64,000 nt of DNA from Chiloscyllium plagiosum (lineage: Eukaryota), in the NCBI RefSeq assembly GCF_004010195.1, contig NC_057719.1:47679808-47743807 (forward strand), in the 5' to 3' direction. Below, piece after piece: positions 35,501 through 44,329 of the stretch. The translations under genes were made by a program, and so were the position numbers. The notes beneath the pieces were generated by a model that saw only the letters and a list, made by a program, of their open reading frames with translations, had not been told where the DNA came from and made no database searches. Numbering within the stretch: position 1 is the stretch's first letter; each line of letters starts with the position of its first letter.

Positions 35501-36606
35501 CACTTCAGCAGTGAAGCGAGTTAAAATACCATCTGGTAAACCCTCAGGGAAGGAGTGAACTTGAACAATGTTGTTAGAAACAGTTGTAACAAGCATTCCA
35601 TTCTGAAGGCAGAAGCAAAAATATTTTTCAATTATTAATCTCCTTAAATCATAAATGATGACATACTCTTGAACTGCTTCATGCATTTCTAGAGAGAAAA
35701 TTATTTTTATAAAATATTGCAAGATATTACTCATTCTTAACTTGCAGTTGAAATGCTAAAGTTAACATATGAATAATGCATTCATGATAAACCTGAGATT
35801 GAAAATTTCTTTCCTAAGACTATTAGTTTTGTAAAAGCTGATGATATTTTGTTTTAGATTTTTACTGTTGTTATTTATTGTATTAGTTATACTCCATTGA
35901 TACAATCATTAGGCACCACAATACCATAGGAGCAAGTGGCTTCCAGTTTTCTCTCCCCCCAATTGAAGTACAAATCAAACTAATATTTGGATTAAAGAGC
36001 CCACATTAAAATGTACCAGATGCATAAATGTAAGATTACAAAATAAATGTCAAATCAATAAAATACAACTATGACAAACATTCAATCGACATGCACTGTT
36101 TTCATGACAGATTTTGCCTAACCATTTGAATTTTAAATCTTCAACTTCTGCCATCCTGTGAATATTTCTGCAATGCTTGCAAGGATTCAAGAATTATTCA
36201 GTTCTGAGTAGTACTGGTCATTTTCATTCCTCCACTTTCAAAAGCTTGACATGGTCATGAACAACAGTCTCCTGATTATTAATATTTTGTAGTTAACTCA
36301 GGTATTAGCTGTATTCACAGAACTTTTAAAAAATTAATAATGCTGAAAAGTTGTCACTGCCAAAAGTAACTGGCTACCTATTATATTCATTATAAATTGT
36401 TATGCTTGATCAAGTCAACTTGGGACATAAACAATTTATAACTTTGGGGAATTATTTTAAAAAAGAATCCTTAAAAGGTAAAGCAAACACCTACCCGGAG
36501 AGCCAGTGAATAAATTTTTTCACCCACATTGATTGATTTGGGATCGTCATCATCCAGACTTTCCCATATCCTAATGTCTCCATCACTGCCACCAGTTACT
36601 ATGAAT
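2511..36606 (-). CDS. WDHD1: WDHD1 / AND-1 (Ctf4 homolog; WD40 + SepB domains), partial multi-exon gene: 20 coding exons in window, start exon and HMG-box exons missing
   Basis: Hand-spliced exons translate to FIVTGGSDGDIRIW...VWNSIGIIRCYSDEQDNAIDVEFHD...CIPCKGSRFPPTLPRP...RANPFK, co-linear with recalled human WDHD1. All introns GT-AG, phases compatible, total 2686 nt. Confidence 0.97.
2943..2999 (-). CDS. WDHD1: WDHD1 exon (LNPFSKNLGPVEQITPKS)
   Basis: 57 bp, gcAG/GTactg; resembles human QNSFSKSTNSSDVSAKS. Confidence 0.8.
3225..4470 (+). mobile_element. CR1-clade LINE, 5'-truncated (RT domain and 3' end)
   Basis: VPQGSVLGPLLFVIYINDLD, SKFAGDTK, RPLLEYCVQFWSP in ORFs 3426 and 3777; frameshifts and stops. 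Confidence 0.92.
4648..4805 (-). CDS. WDHD1: WDHD1 exon (YRRTVTKWSSHVQPPAQNSIEKEEGSEED...HAKR)
   Basis: 158 bp, tandem AAG-CAG acceptor, GTaagt donor; low-complexity but phase-compatible. Confidence 0.85.
5986..6191 (-). CDS. WDHD1: WDHD1 exon (LSCKAEREFRCEELTEFMTQNVLNLAIKYASRS...DPKA)
   Basis: 206 bp, tAG/GTattg. Confidence 0.95.
7336..7467 (-). CDS. WDHD1: WDHD1 exon (EHYWRSVLFHNHFDYLAENGYEFDE...LMKMFA)
   Basis: 132 bp, cAG/GTgagt. Confidence 0.96.
9437..9551 (-). CDS. WDHD1: WDHD1 exon (CIPCKGSRFPPTLPRPTVTILPLKLPYCQTSSEKGQME)
   Basis: 115 bp, cAG/GTatgt. Confidence 0.96.
10829..10985 (-). CDS. WDHD1: WDHD1 exon (GTPVFADSEGIVQMLNR...YWVVGIHENPQQLR)
   Basis: 157 bp, tAG/GTaagg. Confidence 0.96.
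11756..11893 (-). CDS. WDHD1: WDHD1 exon (GTGFDGDQCLGVQIMELGRRKRQILQGTSLPLTRKSYLMWQGFSAE)
   Basis: 138 bp, cAG/GTgatt. Confidence 0.95.
12066..12258. mobile_element. Palindromic Penelope-derived short element (second family)
   Basis: Inverted arms caggttatagtccaacagg / ctgttggactataacctg; ATATAAAAT flanks both sides. Confidence 0.7.
12420..13830 (+). mobile_element. Decayed Penelope-like element (GIY-YIG remnant and 3' end) interrupted by CR1
   Basis: Degenerate FTCISFNLVYCIGCSQ..GETKCRVGDCFAEHLRS at about 12515-12630; sequence resumes after the CR1 at about 13338. Confidence 0.65.
12752..13337 (-). mobile_element. CR1 LINE 3' fragment with internal deletion near 13083
   Basis: ORFs 12829..13086 and 13080..13343 match the CR1 ORF2 C-terminus. 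Confidence 0.9.
14138..14259 (-). mobile_element. Penelope terminal fragment with hammerhead-like core (14226-14259)
   Basis: Minus strand reads ATC-CTGATGA-A..GAAAC-GTC-GAT. Confidence 0.65.
15782..16121 (+). mobile_element. Penelope-like element 3' end with 14-bp TSD
   Basis: Encodes EGHHFNWDNTSILGQAKRRHAREFLEAWHS (end of the GIY-YIG region); ATAAACAGTAATCG at 15768-15781 and 16122-16135. Confidence 0.85.
16733..16974 (-). CDS. WDHD1: WDHD1 exon (TLQCIHFNSRDANKEW...GHGEQLLISYHR)
   Basis: 242 bp, cAG/GTacat. Confidence 0.95.
17961..18280. mobile_element. Palindromic Penelope-derived element with 14-bp TSD
   Basis: AAGCACAATATTCA at 17947-17960 and 18281-18294; inverted arms. Confidence 0.75.
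18600..18790 (-). mobile_element. CR1 3' end fragment
   Basis: Reverse complement of the CR1 tail seen at 4290-4470. Confidence 0.8.
19129..19313 (-). CDS. WDHD1: WDHD1 exon, SepB start (VWNSIGIIRCYSDEQDNAIDVEFHDTSVHH...)
   Basis: 185 bp, tAG/GTaaaa. Confidence 0.96.
19384..19894. mobile_element. Decayed inverted Penelope-like fragment with nested terminus
   Basis: Minus-strand A.ELLEAWHS remnant, inverted arms, imperfect flanking repeat TTAACAA(G/T)AACAATG. Confidence 0.65.
20275..21725 (+). mobile_element. Decayed CR1 LINE
   Basis: DKSPGPDQIYPR, SKFADDTKIGG, HLEYCVQFWS motifs. Confidence 0.9.
22471..22652 (-). CDS. WDHD1: WDHD1 exon (...GPVPTPQQKPFQPCSTPSYLQHRFM)
   Basis: 182 bp, tAG/GTaagc. 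Confidence 0.93.
22920..23273 (-). mobile_element. HE1-type V-SINE
   Basis: Reverse complement of the tRNA head + V-domain SINE at 24167. Confidence 0.8.
24167..24483 (+). mobile_element. HE1-type tRNA-derived V-SINE (elasmobranch), young copy
   Basis: A box TGGCACAGTGG, B box GGTTCAATTCC, V-domain GGGTTTCCTCCGGGTGCTCCGGTTTCCTCCC, CR1-like tail, (TAATC)n end. Confidence 0.88.
24507..24723 (-). CDS. WDHD1: WDHD1 exon, acidic linker (EHATHSNAATFEDLFDEEDND...IEDDNSN)
   Basis: 217 bp, tAG/GTaagg, phase-compatible with neighbours. Confidence 0.9.
25097..25226 (-). CDS. WDHD1: WDHD1 exon (FQHEKSYRICAMAWHPSKESIAYTDAEGNLGLHEGVLASAGSK)
   Basis: 130 bp, tAG/GTaaac. Confidence 0.94.
26008..26043 (-). 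ncRNA. Minimal type-I hammerhead ribozyme motif (inverted arm)
   Basis: Reverse complement of the motif at 26259-26294. Confidence 0.78.
26259..26294 (+). ncRNA. Minimal type-I hammerhead ribozyme motif (Penelope terminal repeat)
   Basis: ATTC-CTGAAGA-A-GGGC(CTGT)GCCC-GAAAC-GTC-GAAT: core boxes, 4-bp stem II, 4-bp stem I, palindromic ACGT stem III; predicted cleavage after 26290. Confidence 0.8.
27766..28112 (-). mobile_element. Penelope terminal fragment inside the cargo
   Basis: Diverged relative of the 25915-26353 termini. Confidence 0.75.
27816..27851 (-). ncRNA. Hammerhead motif in Penelope terminus
   Basis: ATTC-CTGAAGA-A-GGGT(TTAT)GCCC-GAAAC-GTC-GATT. Confidence 0.65.
28199..28330 (+). 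pseudogene. TSPEAR: Isolated TSPEAR-like exon (TDMKVTIGSHPPCTETEASRLWFDVFKKDLYICDGKIWVSILQ), orphan copy inside Penelope-bounded cargo
   Basis: 132-bp phase 1-1 open exon with pyrimidine-rich stretch + cAG acceptor and GTaatg donor. Strongly resembles recalled human [49 protein letters not shown]. No other TSPEAR exon seen in the window. Confidence 0.82.
28645..28955 (-). mobile_element. HE1-type V-SINE inside the cargo
   Basis: Same consensus as the 24167 copy, more diverged. Confidence 0.8.
29336..29371 (+). ncRNA. Minimal type-I hammerhead ribozyme motif
   Basis: Identical to 26259-26294; predicted cleavage after 29367. Confidence 0.8.
30133..30239 (-). CDS. WDHD1: WDHD1 exon (PLNVVSWSPCGGYVAAGSIDGSMVVWNVQTRKCIER)
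   Basis: 107 bp, cAG/GTataa; inside ORF 29955..30296. Confidence 0.95.
30578..30670 (-). CDS. WDHD1: WDHD1 exon (LLAVPVEKVVKLFERDTWENTDNLSDESIMM)
   Basis: 93 bp, tAG/GTaagt. Confidence 0.93.
33562..33692 (+). mobile_element. Penelope terminal fragment with hammerhead-like core (G12>A)
   Basis: attcCTGATGAagggcttttgcccAAAACGTCgatt; GATTACATCC flanks both sides. Confidence 0.7.
33799..33894 (-). CDS. WDHD1: WDHD1 exon (TRVASWPLLTKFNEVNRATSICRLEWQPKIGK)
   Basis: 96 bp, tAG/GTaaat. Confidence 0.93.
34133..34183 (-). CDS. WDHD1: WDHD1 exon (ASSSCDGAVCVWKIADQ)
   Basis: 51 bp, cAG/GTaagt. Confidence 0.93.
35059..35170 (-). CDS. WDHD1: WDHD1 exon (DFMVKIIETKDNSQQKTIRGHEGPILSVAFDPKDLFL)
   Basis: 112 bp, AG/GT boundaries. 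Confidence 0.95.
35451..35602 (-). CDS. WDHD1: WDHD1 exon (NGMLVTTVSNNIVQVHSFPEGLPDGILTRF...AAGS)
   Basis: 152 bp, AG/GT boundaries; inside ORF 35447..35734. Confidence 0.95.
36495..36606 (-). CDS. WDHD1: WDHD1 exon (FIVTGGSDGDIRIWESLDDDDPKSINVGEKIYSLALR)
   Basis: 112 bp, ttcAG acceptor and GTaggt donor; WD40 repeat 1. Confidence 0.95.
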
Positions 36607-36998
36607 CTGAAAGTTCAGAAAGATTAACAAAATGAGAGATCCTGAAGTCTTTGTAAAGACTAATCAGTCTTGATAATGGATGCTCTCTTGCCTTTCAGCT
36701 TCATGAGCTTCAGCAAAACAGGAAGCCACTTCAGTAATGAAGGAATGTCCAATATGAGATGAAACTCAAAACAAAGATTCTTGGGTGGATGCAAGAGATT
36801 CCATAGCACTGCTGAAAAAGCATCAGCAGAACTCTCCCAGTGTCCATATAAATATTTATCACCACTAATAAGACATACTGACTGGCAATTTATCCCATTC
36901 CTTTTTTGCAGACAGATTTGTGCGGTCAATCCAAGGAGTAGATCTACACCAAATTCATTTAATTATGATTTGGACTGGGATGTACAAAATTAAAAATC

Positions 36999-37498
36999 NN
37001 NNNNNNNNNNNNNNNNNNNNNNNNNNNNNNNNNNNNNNNNNNNNNNNNNNNNNNNNNNNNNNNNNNNNNNNNNNNNNNNNNNNNNNNNNNNNNNNNNNNN
37101 NNNNNNNNNNNNNNNNNNNNNNNNNNNNNNNNNNNNNNNNNNNNNNNNNNNNNNNNNNNNNNNNNNNNNNNNNNNNNNNNNNNNNNNNNNNNNNNNNNNN
37201 NNNNNNNNNNNNNNNNNNNNNNNNNNNNNNNNNNNNNNNNNNNNNNNNNNNNNNNNNNNNNNNNNNNNNNNNNNNNNNNNNNNNNNNNNNNNNNNNNNNN
37301 NNNNNNNNNNNNNNNNNNNNNNNNNNNNNNNNNNNNNNNNNNNNNNNNNNNNNNNNNNNNNNNNNNNNNNNNNNNNNNNNNNNNNNNNNNNNNNNNNNNN
37401 NNNNNNNNNNNNNNNNNNNNNNNNNNNNNNNNNNNNNNNNNNNNNNNNNNNNNNNNNNNNNNNNNNNNNNNNNNNNNNNNNNNNNNNNNNNNNNNNNN
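36999..37498. other. Assembly gap (500 N)
   Basis: N run; round length suggests a scaffold join of unknown true size. Confidence 0.99.
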
Positions 37499-37780
37499 TT
37501 CAAAATTAGGGGGCATACTTTTAAGGTGAGGGGAGAAAGATTTAAAAAGGACATGTATAACAAAGTTTTTACATAGAGAATGGTTAGTGTGTGGAATGAA
37601 TTGCCAGAGGAAGTTACGATTGCGGGTACAGTTACGATGTTTAACAAAACATTTGGATAAGTATGTGAATAGGAAAGGACGTGGGCCAAACGCAGGCAGG
37701 TGGGTCTAATTTAGTTTGGGAACATGGTCAATGTGGACTAGTTAGACTAAAGGGTTTGTTTCCATGCTATATGACTTTGA
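37499..37780 (+). mobile_element. CR1 3' end
   Basis: RGHTFKVRGERFK motif and CR1 tail. Confidence 0.85.
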
Positions 37781-39084
37781 CAATATTATCTGAAAGGTAC
37801 CACATGTCTCCAAGGGCAAGGCATTGAAAAATGGTCTTGTATGAAGATGGAAGAGGAAACTTTTAGGTACTCTGAAGCTTGTAATATTGATTGTAATCAA
37901 TGCAACCTTGATTCCTATATCCTGAAATACCATATTCACCTAAGAAATATTACTCAAGGTTTCGAAATGTAGAGCCATGCCAACTTAAATATCACAGTTT
38001 AAATTATATTACATATATGAAACCAATACAAATGCTTTCTTGTGATCTACAAACTTCACGTAAAAACTAATGTTTACTTGAGTATTGCTAAAAATATACA
38101 CACTGTAAAAGCTTTTTATTTTGTACTCTTGAGGACAGCATTGCAAAAATACAAAACTTCAAAGTAGCACAACAATTTATAGTTCATGAAAAGGGATGCT
38201 GATTAGTCGGCAGCTGGATTCTGACTTTTTGAGGTGTTACCATAACAAATGCAACAGGGGACAGTTAATCACGCAGATTTTTTTGTTTGAATGCTTGTCT
38301 TGGGATTTCGTTCAGTTCAAAACCAGTACAATGCTTGGCTATATTCCTATAGAATGTAACTTGTGGTTGTAAGTTTGCTCGCTGAACTGGGAAGTTTGTT
38401 CTCAGACATTTTATCACCATGCTAGGTAACGTCATCAGTGAGCCTCCGATGAAGCGCTGGTGTTCTGTCCCACTTCTATTTATCTGTCTCCATTTGTTGT
38501 AGTAGGTGATATCATTTGCGGTTCTATTTCTGAGAGGTTGGGGTCCAAAATGGGGTCCAAATCTATATGTTTGTTAATGGAGTTCTGGATAGAATGTCAG
38601 GCCTACAGGAATTCCCGTGCATGTCTTTGTTTAGTCTGTCCCAGGATGGATGTATTGTTCTAGTCGAACTGGTGTCCCTCTTTGTCTGTGAGTGGATACC
38701 AGTGATAGTTGGTCATGTCTTTTGGTGGCTAGTTGGTGCTCACATATCCTGGTGGCTAGCTTCTTGCCCGTTTGTCCAATGTAATGTTTGTTGCAGTCCT
38801 TGCATGGTGTTTTGCGTATGACGTTCTTGGTAAGGTCCTGGGGAGTGTTGCTGAACAAAGTGACTTTGGATGCAAGTTCATAGTTCAATGAAAGTAGAAT
38901 CGCAGGTAGATAGGATAGTAAAGGCGGCATTTGGTATGCTTTCCTTTATTGGTCAGTCATGGTTTGGCATATATGAAACCAATACAAATGCTTTCTTGTG
39001 ATCTACAAACTTCACGTAAAAACTAATGTTTACTTGAGTATTGCTAAAAGGCGGCATTTGGTATGCTTTCCTTTATTGGTCAGT

Positions 39085-39606
39085 CATGGTTTGGAGATGC
39101 CGATGTTGGACTGGGATGTACAAAGTTAAAAATCACACCACCAGGTTATAGTCCAACAGGTTTATTTGGAAGCACTAGCTTTCGGAGCGCTGTGCCTTCA
39201 TCAGCTGGTTGTGGAGTATAAGATCGTAGGACACAGAATTTATAGCAAAAGTTTACATTATGATGTAACTGAAATTATATATTGAAAAAGACCTGGATTG
39301 TTTGTTAAGTCTTTCATCTTTTAGAACGAACATGTCGGTTTCAATTTTCATATGTAAATTGCAGAACATATGAAATAACTGAAACCAACATATTCAATCT
39401 AAAAGATGAGAGACTTAACAAACAATCCAGGTATTTTTCAATATATAATTTCAGTTACATCATACTGTAAAGGTTTGCTATAAATTTGGTGTCTTATGAT
39501 CTTATACTCCACAACCACCTGATGAAGGAGCAGTGCTCCAAAAGCTAGTGCTTCCAAATAAATGTGTTGGACTATAACCCGGTGTTGTGATTTTTTTTTA
39601 ACTTTA
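39085..39606. mobile_element. About 520-bp near-palindromic Penelope-derived element nested in CR1
   Basis: Inverted arms of about 240 bp; TTTA(T/A)GGTCAG-type duplication at the flanks. Confidence 0.8.
39173..39207 (-). ncRNA. Hammerhead motif, second family (AGCT stem III)
   Basis: CTGATGA-A-GG...CTCC-GAAAG-CTA-GTG; partner copy on + at 39516-39550 has GGAGC/GCTCC stem II but G12>A. Confidence 0.55.
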
Positions 39607-42244
39607 TAGGTCAGGGCATAGAGTATAGGAGTTGGGAGGTCAATTTGCGGCTGTACAGGACATTGGTTAGGCCACTGTTGGAAAATTGTATGCAGTTCTG
39701 GTCTCCTTCATATCGGAAAGCTGTTGTGAAACTTGAAAAGGTTCAGAAAAGATTTACAAGGATGTTGCCGGGGTTGGGGGAATTAAGCTATAGGGAGAGG
39801 CTGAATAGGCTAAGGCTGTTTGCCCTGGAGTGTCGAAGGCTGAGGGGTGACGTCATAGAGGTTTATAAAATCATGATTTGGATAGGCAAAGTCTTTTTCC
39901 TGGGGTGGGGAAGTCCAGAATTATAGAGAGCATAGGTTTAGGGAGAGAGGGGAAAGATATAAAAGGGACCTAAGAAGTAACCTTTTCTCACACAGGATGG
40001 TGCGTGTATGGAATGAGCTGCCAGAGGAAGTGGTGGAGGCTGGTACAATTACAACATTTAAAAGACGTCTGGATGGGTATATGAATAGGAAGAGTTTGCA
40101 GGAATATGGGCCAAGTGCTGGCAAATGGGATTAGATTAAGTTGGGATATCTGGTCGGCATGGACAGGTTGGACCGAAGGGTCTGTTTCCGTGCTGTACAT
40201 CTCTGACTCTATGCTGGTTGTTGGTACGGGGTCTTTTAAATTCATCAGGAGCTGTTTCAGTGCGGTGGTATATTTGTGGGCTATCATGATGCCTAGGGGT
40301 CAGAGTAGTATGGTCGTCATCTCTGAGATGACTTTGTACGATAGGGTAGTTAGAGTGTCGGGTGTGTTCTGTCTTCCTGTTTCAGTCTGTTGTGCAGTAA
40401 TCAGCAGACTGTACTTAGCAGGGACCTGTTCTTTCTGAATATTTTGTGTATGTGTTGTTTTTTTTGGCTTCTTGTAGTTCCTGGATGCTAGAAGGTGTTG
40501 TGGCTCTTAAATAATGTCCTGATGCAGCTCTGTTTGTAGGTGTTGGGATGATTGCTCCTGTAGTTGCGTATCTGGTCAGCGTGTGTACCTTTCCTGTGGA
40601 TGCTGGTCTGCAGCTTTCCATTGACTTTTTGTCCAAGAAATTGAGTCTATTATTATTCTCTTCCTCTTTGGTGAAATTTATACCAGTAAGGATGTTGTTT
40701 ATGTGTTTGTGGATTTCTTCTAATTTGTTGCATTTCGTGATGACAAAGGTGCCATCCACATAGTGGACCCAAAGCTTGGGCTGGATCATGGGAAGAGCTG
40801 TTTGTTCTAACCTCTGTATAACTGCTTCTGCTAAAAGTCCTCATATTTGGTGATCTCATAGGTGTCCTGTTGATTTGTTTGTAAATCTAGTGAATGAAGG
40901 TGAAATAGGTTCTGAGGCACAAGTCTACTAGTTTGAGGATGCTGTCCTTGCTGATGGAGTTAGTGCTGTCAGGTTTTTGTGTCCTCGGTTCGTCCGGCAG
41001 TGAGCCCAGTGTTTTTGGCTAGGGTGATATCTATTGATGTGAATAGGGCCACACATCGAAGGAAACCATGACCTCATCATCCTCTACCTTGGTGCCTTTG
41101 ATGATAAGGAATTCCTGGGTCGAGTGGATGGAGGGTGTTGTGTCTTCTACTTGGTGTTTGTGTGTATTACAGTTCCTTTGCTAGGCTGTATGTCCGTGTG
41201 CCGGGAAGTGAGGCTATGGGTCTGAGGGGGCTGCCTCTTATTTATGTACCTTTGGTAATCCGTAGAAACAGGGGTTCTGTAATGCGGTTTTCTAGCTGTG
41301 GAGTAGAGTCCATTATCACGGTAGGTGTCATTATTGGCAGGTAGTATGTTTGCTTTTTCAATGCATTGCATAAACAACATCTTTCCTGGTATAAATTTCA
41401 CCAAACGGGAAGAGAAAAATAATAGGCACCCCTTCCTGGACATCACAGTAGAATGAAAAGCCAATGGAGAGCTGCAGACCAGCGTCTACAGAAAAGCCAC
41501 ACACACACAGATCAGATACTCAGCTGCAGGAGCAATCATTCCAACACCCACAAATGGAGCTGAAGCTGGACATTAGTTAAATGAGCCACAATGCATTCTT
41601 GCACCCAGGAACTATGAGATGCCAAAGAAAAACACCTATATAACATATTCAGGAACAACAGTACCCGATAAGCACAGTCTGCCGATTCCTGCACTACAGC
41701 CACCCAACCATACATCAAAGACATCTCCGAGACTACTCTGACCTCTTGGCACCATGGTAGTCCACAAACTTAGCACCACAATAAAACAACTCCTAATAAA
41801 TTTAAAGGACCGCATACCAATAGCCAGAAGAACAAATGTCACAAACAAAACACCCTGTAATGACTGCAACAAACAGTACGTTGGACAAACGGGCAGGAAG
41901 CGAGCCACCTGGATACATGAGCACCAACTAGCCACCAAAAGGCAAAACCAACTATCACTGGTATCCATACATAGACGAAGAGGGACACCAGTTTGACTGG
42001 GACAGTATATCCATCCTGGGACAGGCTAAACAAAGACACACATGGGAATTCCTAGAGGCCTGGCATTCAAATCGGAACTCCATTAGCAAACAAATAGATT
42101 TGGACCCCATTTGGGAGAAAGTGAGGACTGCAGACCCCCATTTACCAAACTCTCAGAAACAGAACCAGAAGTAACATCACCTACCACAACAAACCAGGAC
42201 AGATAAATAGAAAGCAGGACAGAACACCAGTGCTTCACTGCAGG

Positions 42245-42286
42245 CTCACTGATGGTGTTACCTAGCATGGTGACGAAACATCTGAG
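42245..42286 (+). ncRNA. Decayed hammerhead motif, third family (GTTACC/GGTGAC stem II)
   Basis: CTCA-CTGATGG-T-GTTACC(TAGCAT)GGTGAC-GAAAC-ATC-TGAG; related copies at 16044-16084 (+) and 38401-38442 (-). Confidence 0.55.
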
Positions 42287-43215
42287 AACAAATCCACCAG
42301 CTCAGCAAGTAAACACAACCTGATCTCCAAATCTTCAAAATCTCAATATAACTTCTCGCAAGCCGCATTGTGAGCATGACTGGTAGTAGTCAGAGTGAGA
42401 TTGTTGGGATTGGTTAGTAGATGGTGTCCAGTCATAGAATTACATGCAGTGTTGAGCATTATTTTGCATTTGTTAGCATGGGCTGATTGAAAGAATGCTG
42501 CCAAGATCTTTACCTGTTTGAACAGGTACCGTGGTGTAGTGTGTGATAATATCTACCAGACATTGGAATGTACAATCTACATATTTAGGATCACACTGAC
42601 ACTGAAGTTGAATACTGCATTAGGCAGAATGTCTTTCTGGCTTGATGACAGCATCTTATCAATTGTACTGTTATAAAACAGGAACTTGAAACAATGAACT
42701 TCACCTTTTGCTTAAATTTTGAACAATGTTACCTAGAGATGATTATGGTTCACATTTCGCTCACTTCACAAATTTGACACTTCCCTCACTTTCTTAAAAT
42801 AAAGTACAACACTGATGTGGTAAAGAAAAGATCATCTGTGCTGAATGTTGGCTGTCAAATATTGCAATTTAAGAAAATTAGAGCATATCAACAACACTTC
42901 TTTACTATAGTTCCTTGAATGCAAGCATATATTTTCTAATGAGGATTTATATCCTAGGGCTTTATATCACAAGAATAGATCAGAGGCTCGGAATACTGTA
43001 GCAAATATCTCGCCCCCTGACAATTCCAAAGCCCATCCACCATTTACCACACATAAGTCAGGAGTGTGATGGAATACTTTCCCAACTTGCCTAGATGAGT
43101 ACAGTTCCAACAACACTTGAAGTTTTGACACCATTCCAGGTCAAAGTAGCCTGCTTGATTCACACCATATCCATAAGCATCCACTCCCTCCAATACTCAG
43201 CAGCAGCTATGTAGC

Positions 43216-43565
43216 GGGCAGTACGGTGGTTCCGTGGTTAGCATTGTTGCCTCACAGCGCGAGGAACCTGGATTCGATACCAGCCTCTGGCAACTGTCTC
43301 TGTGTAGTTTGCAAATTCTCCAGTGTCTGCATGGGTTTCCTCCAGGTGCTCTGGTTTCCTCCCACAATCCAAAGAGATGTAGGTTAGGTGAATTGGCCAT
43401 GCTAAATTGCCCATAGCGTTCGGGGATGTGTAGGTTAGATGCATGAGTCGGGGGTAAATGTAGAGTAATAGGGTAGGGGAATGGGTCTGCTGGGATTCTC
43501 TTCAGAGGGTCGGTGTGGACTTGTTGGGCCTAATGGCCTGTTTCCACACTAAGGATTCTATGATA
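43216..43565 (+). mobile_element. HE1-type V-SINE inserted in an older LINE fragment
   Basis: tRNA head + V-domain + GATTCTAT tail. Confidence 0.82.
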
Positions 43566-44329
43566 CTGTAGGGATTTTATGACAATCTATAAAATTCACT
43601 TCAGAAATTTGCTAATGATCCTTAAACATCCCTTCCAAACATAAGAAAGAGAAGGGCAGCAGATATGTGAGAACACTACCACTTGCAAGTTCCACTCCAA
43701 GACATTCATCATTCTAGCTTGGAAATGAATCACCACTCCTTCGCTATTGCTGAATCAAAGTCGTGGAATTCCTCACTCATGGAATTTTGGGTCAATGTAC
43801 AGCACATGGACTGCAACAGTTCAAAAAGATAGCTGACCACCACCTTCTCAAAGGCAACTAGAAACAGGCAATACTACTAGCCCAGCAGCGATGCACATAT
43901 CCCATGAGTAAAAAGAAATGAAATGTGAAATATGATTCACATAATTAAATGAACTTTGTTAGCAGAATTAATTTATTCCAAACCACAATCTACACCCCTC
44001 TAGAGACTTCAGAAAGTTCTCTTGGGCTTGCTTGATCACTAAGGTTGGAAAGGATGCTTGAACTAAATTGCAGTTTCCTTTTTACCTGGCTTAGGAAATG
44101 GACAGAAGTTATGAGATAGTGAATAGAAAATGAAATGAGCCTAAAATCAGAGGCATGGATACTTTCTACCATGATGACGAGACAAATCTCATAATGTCAT
44201 CAATGTTTACAATAAATAATGCCTTTTCAAAAATGTCAAAGACTAACCCCAAAACTGAGATTGCTGGGTGTTTGATAAACCTTTTCAGATTGCGATGTTG
44301 CTGCCATCACAGAACAACTCAACATTCTG

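Larger units (their letters stand above)
38830..40213 (+). mobile_element. CR1 LINE 3' part nested in the Penelope element
   Basis: RLYRTLVRPLLENCMQFWSP, CR1 tail; Penelope sequence continues on both sides. Confidence 0.9.
38363..42344. mobile_element. Large inverted Penelope-like element: minus arm 38363-41360 (RT + GIY-YIG), plus arm 41370-42344; nested CR1 and short element
   Basis: RT: PKLWVHYVDGTFVI...FTKEEENNNRLNFLD. GIY-YIG: PCKDCNKHYIGQTGKKLATRICEH and PCNDCNKQYVGQTGRK. Imperfect TSD AAT(G/A)TAACTT. Confidence 0.88.

Noticed and set aside
36920..37689. Long ORFs of 185-244 aa
   Set aside because: Artefacts of translating through the 500-N gap.
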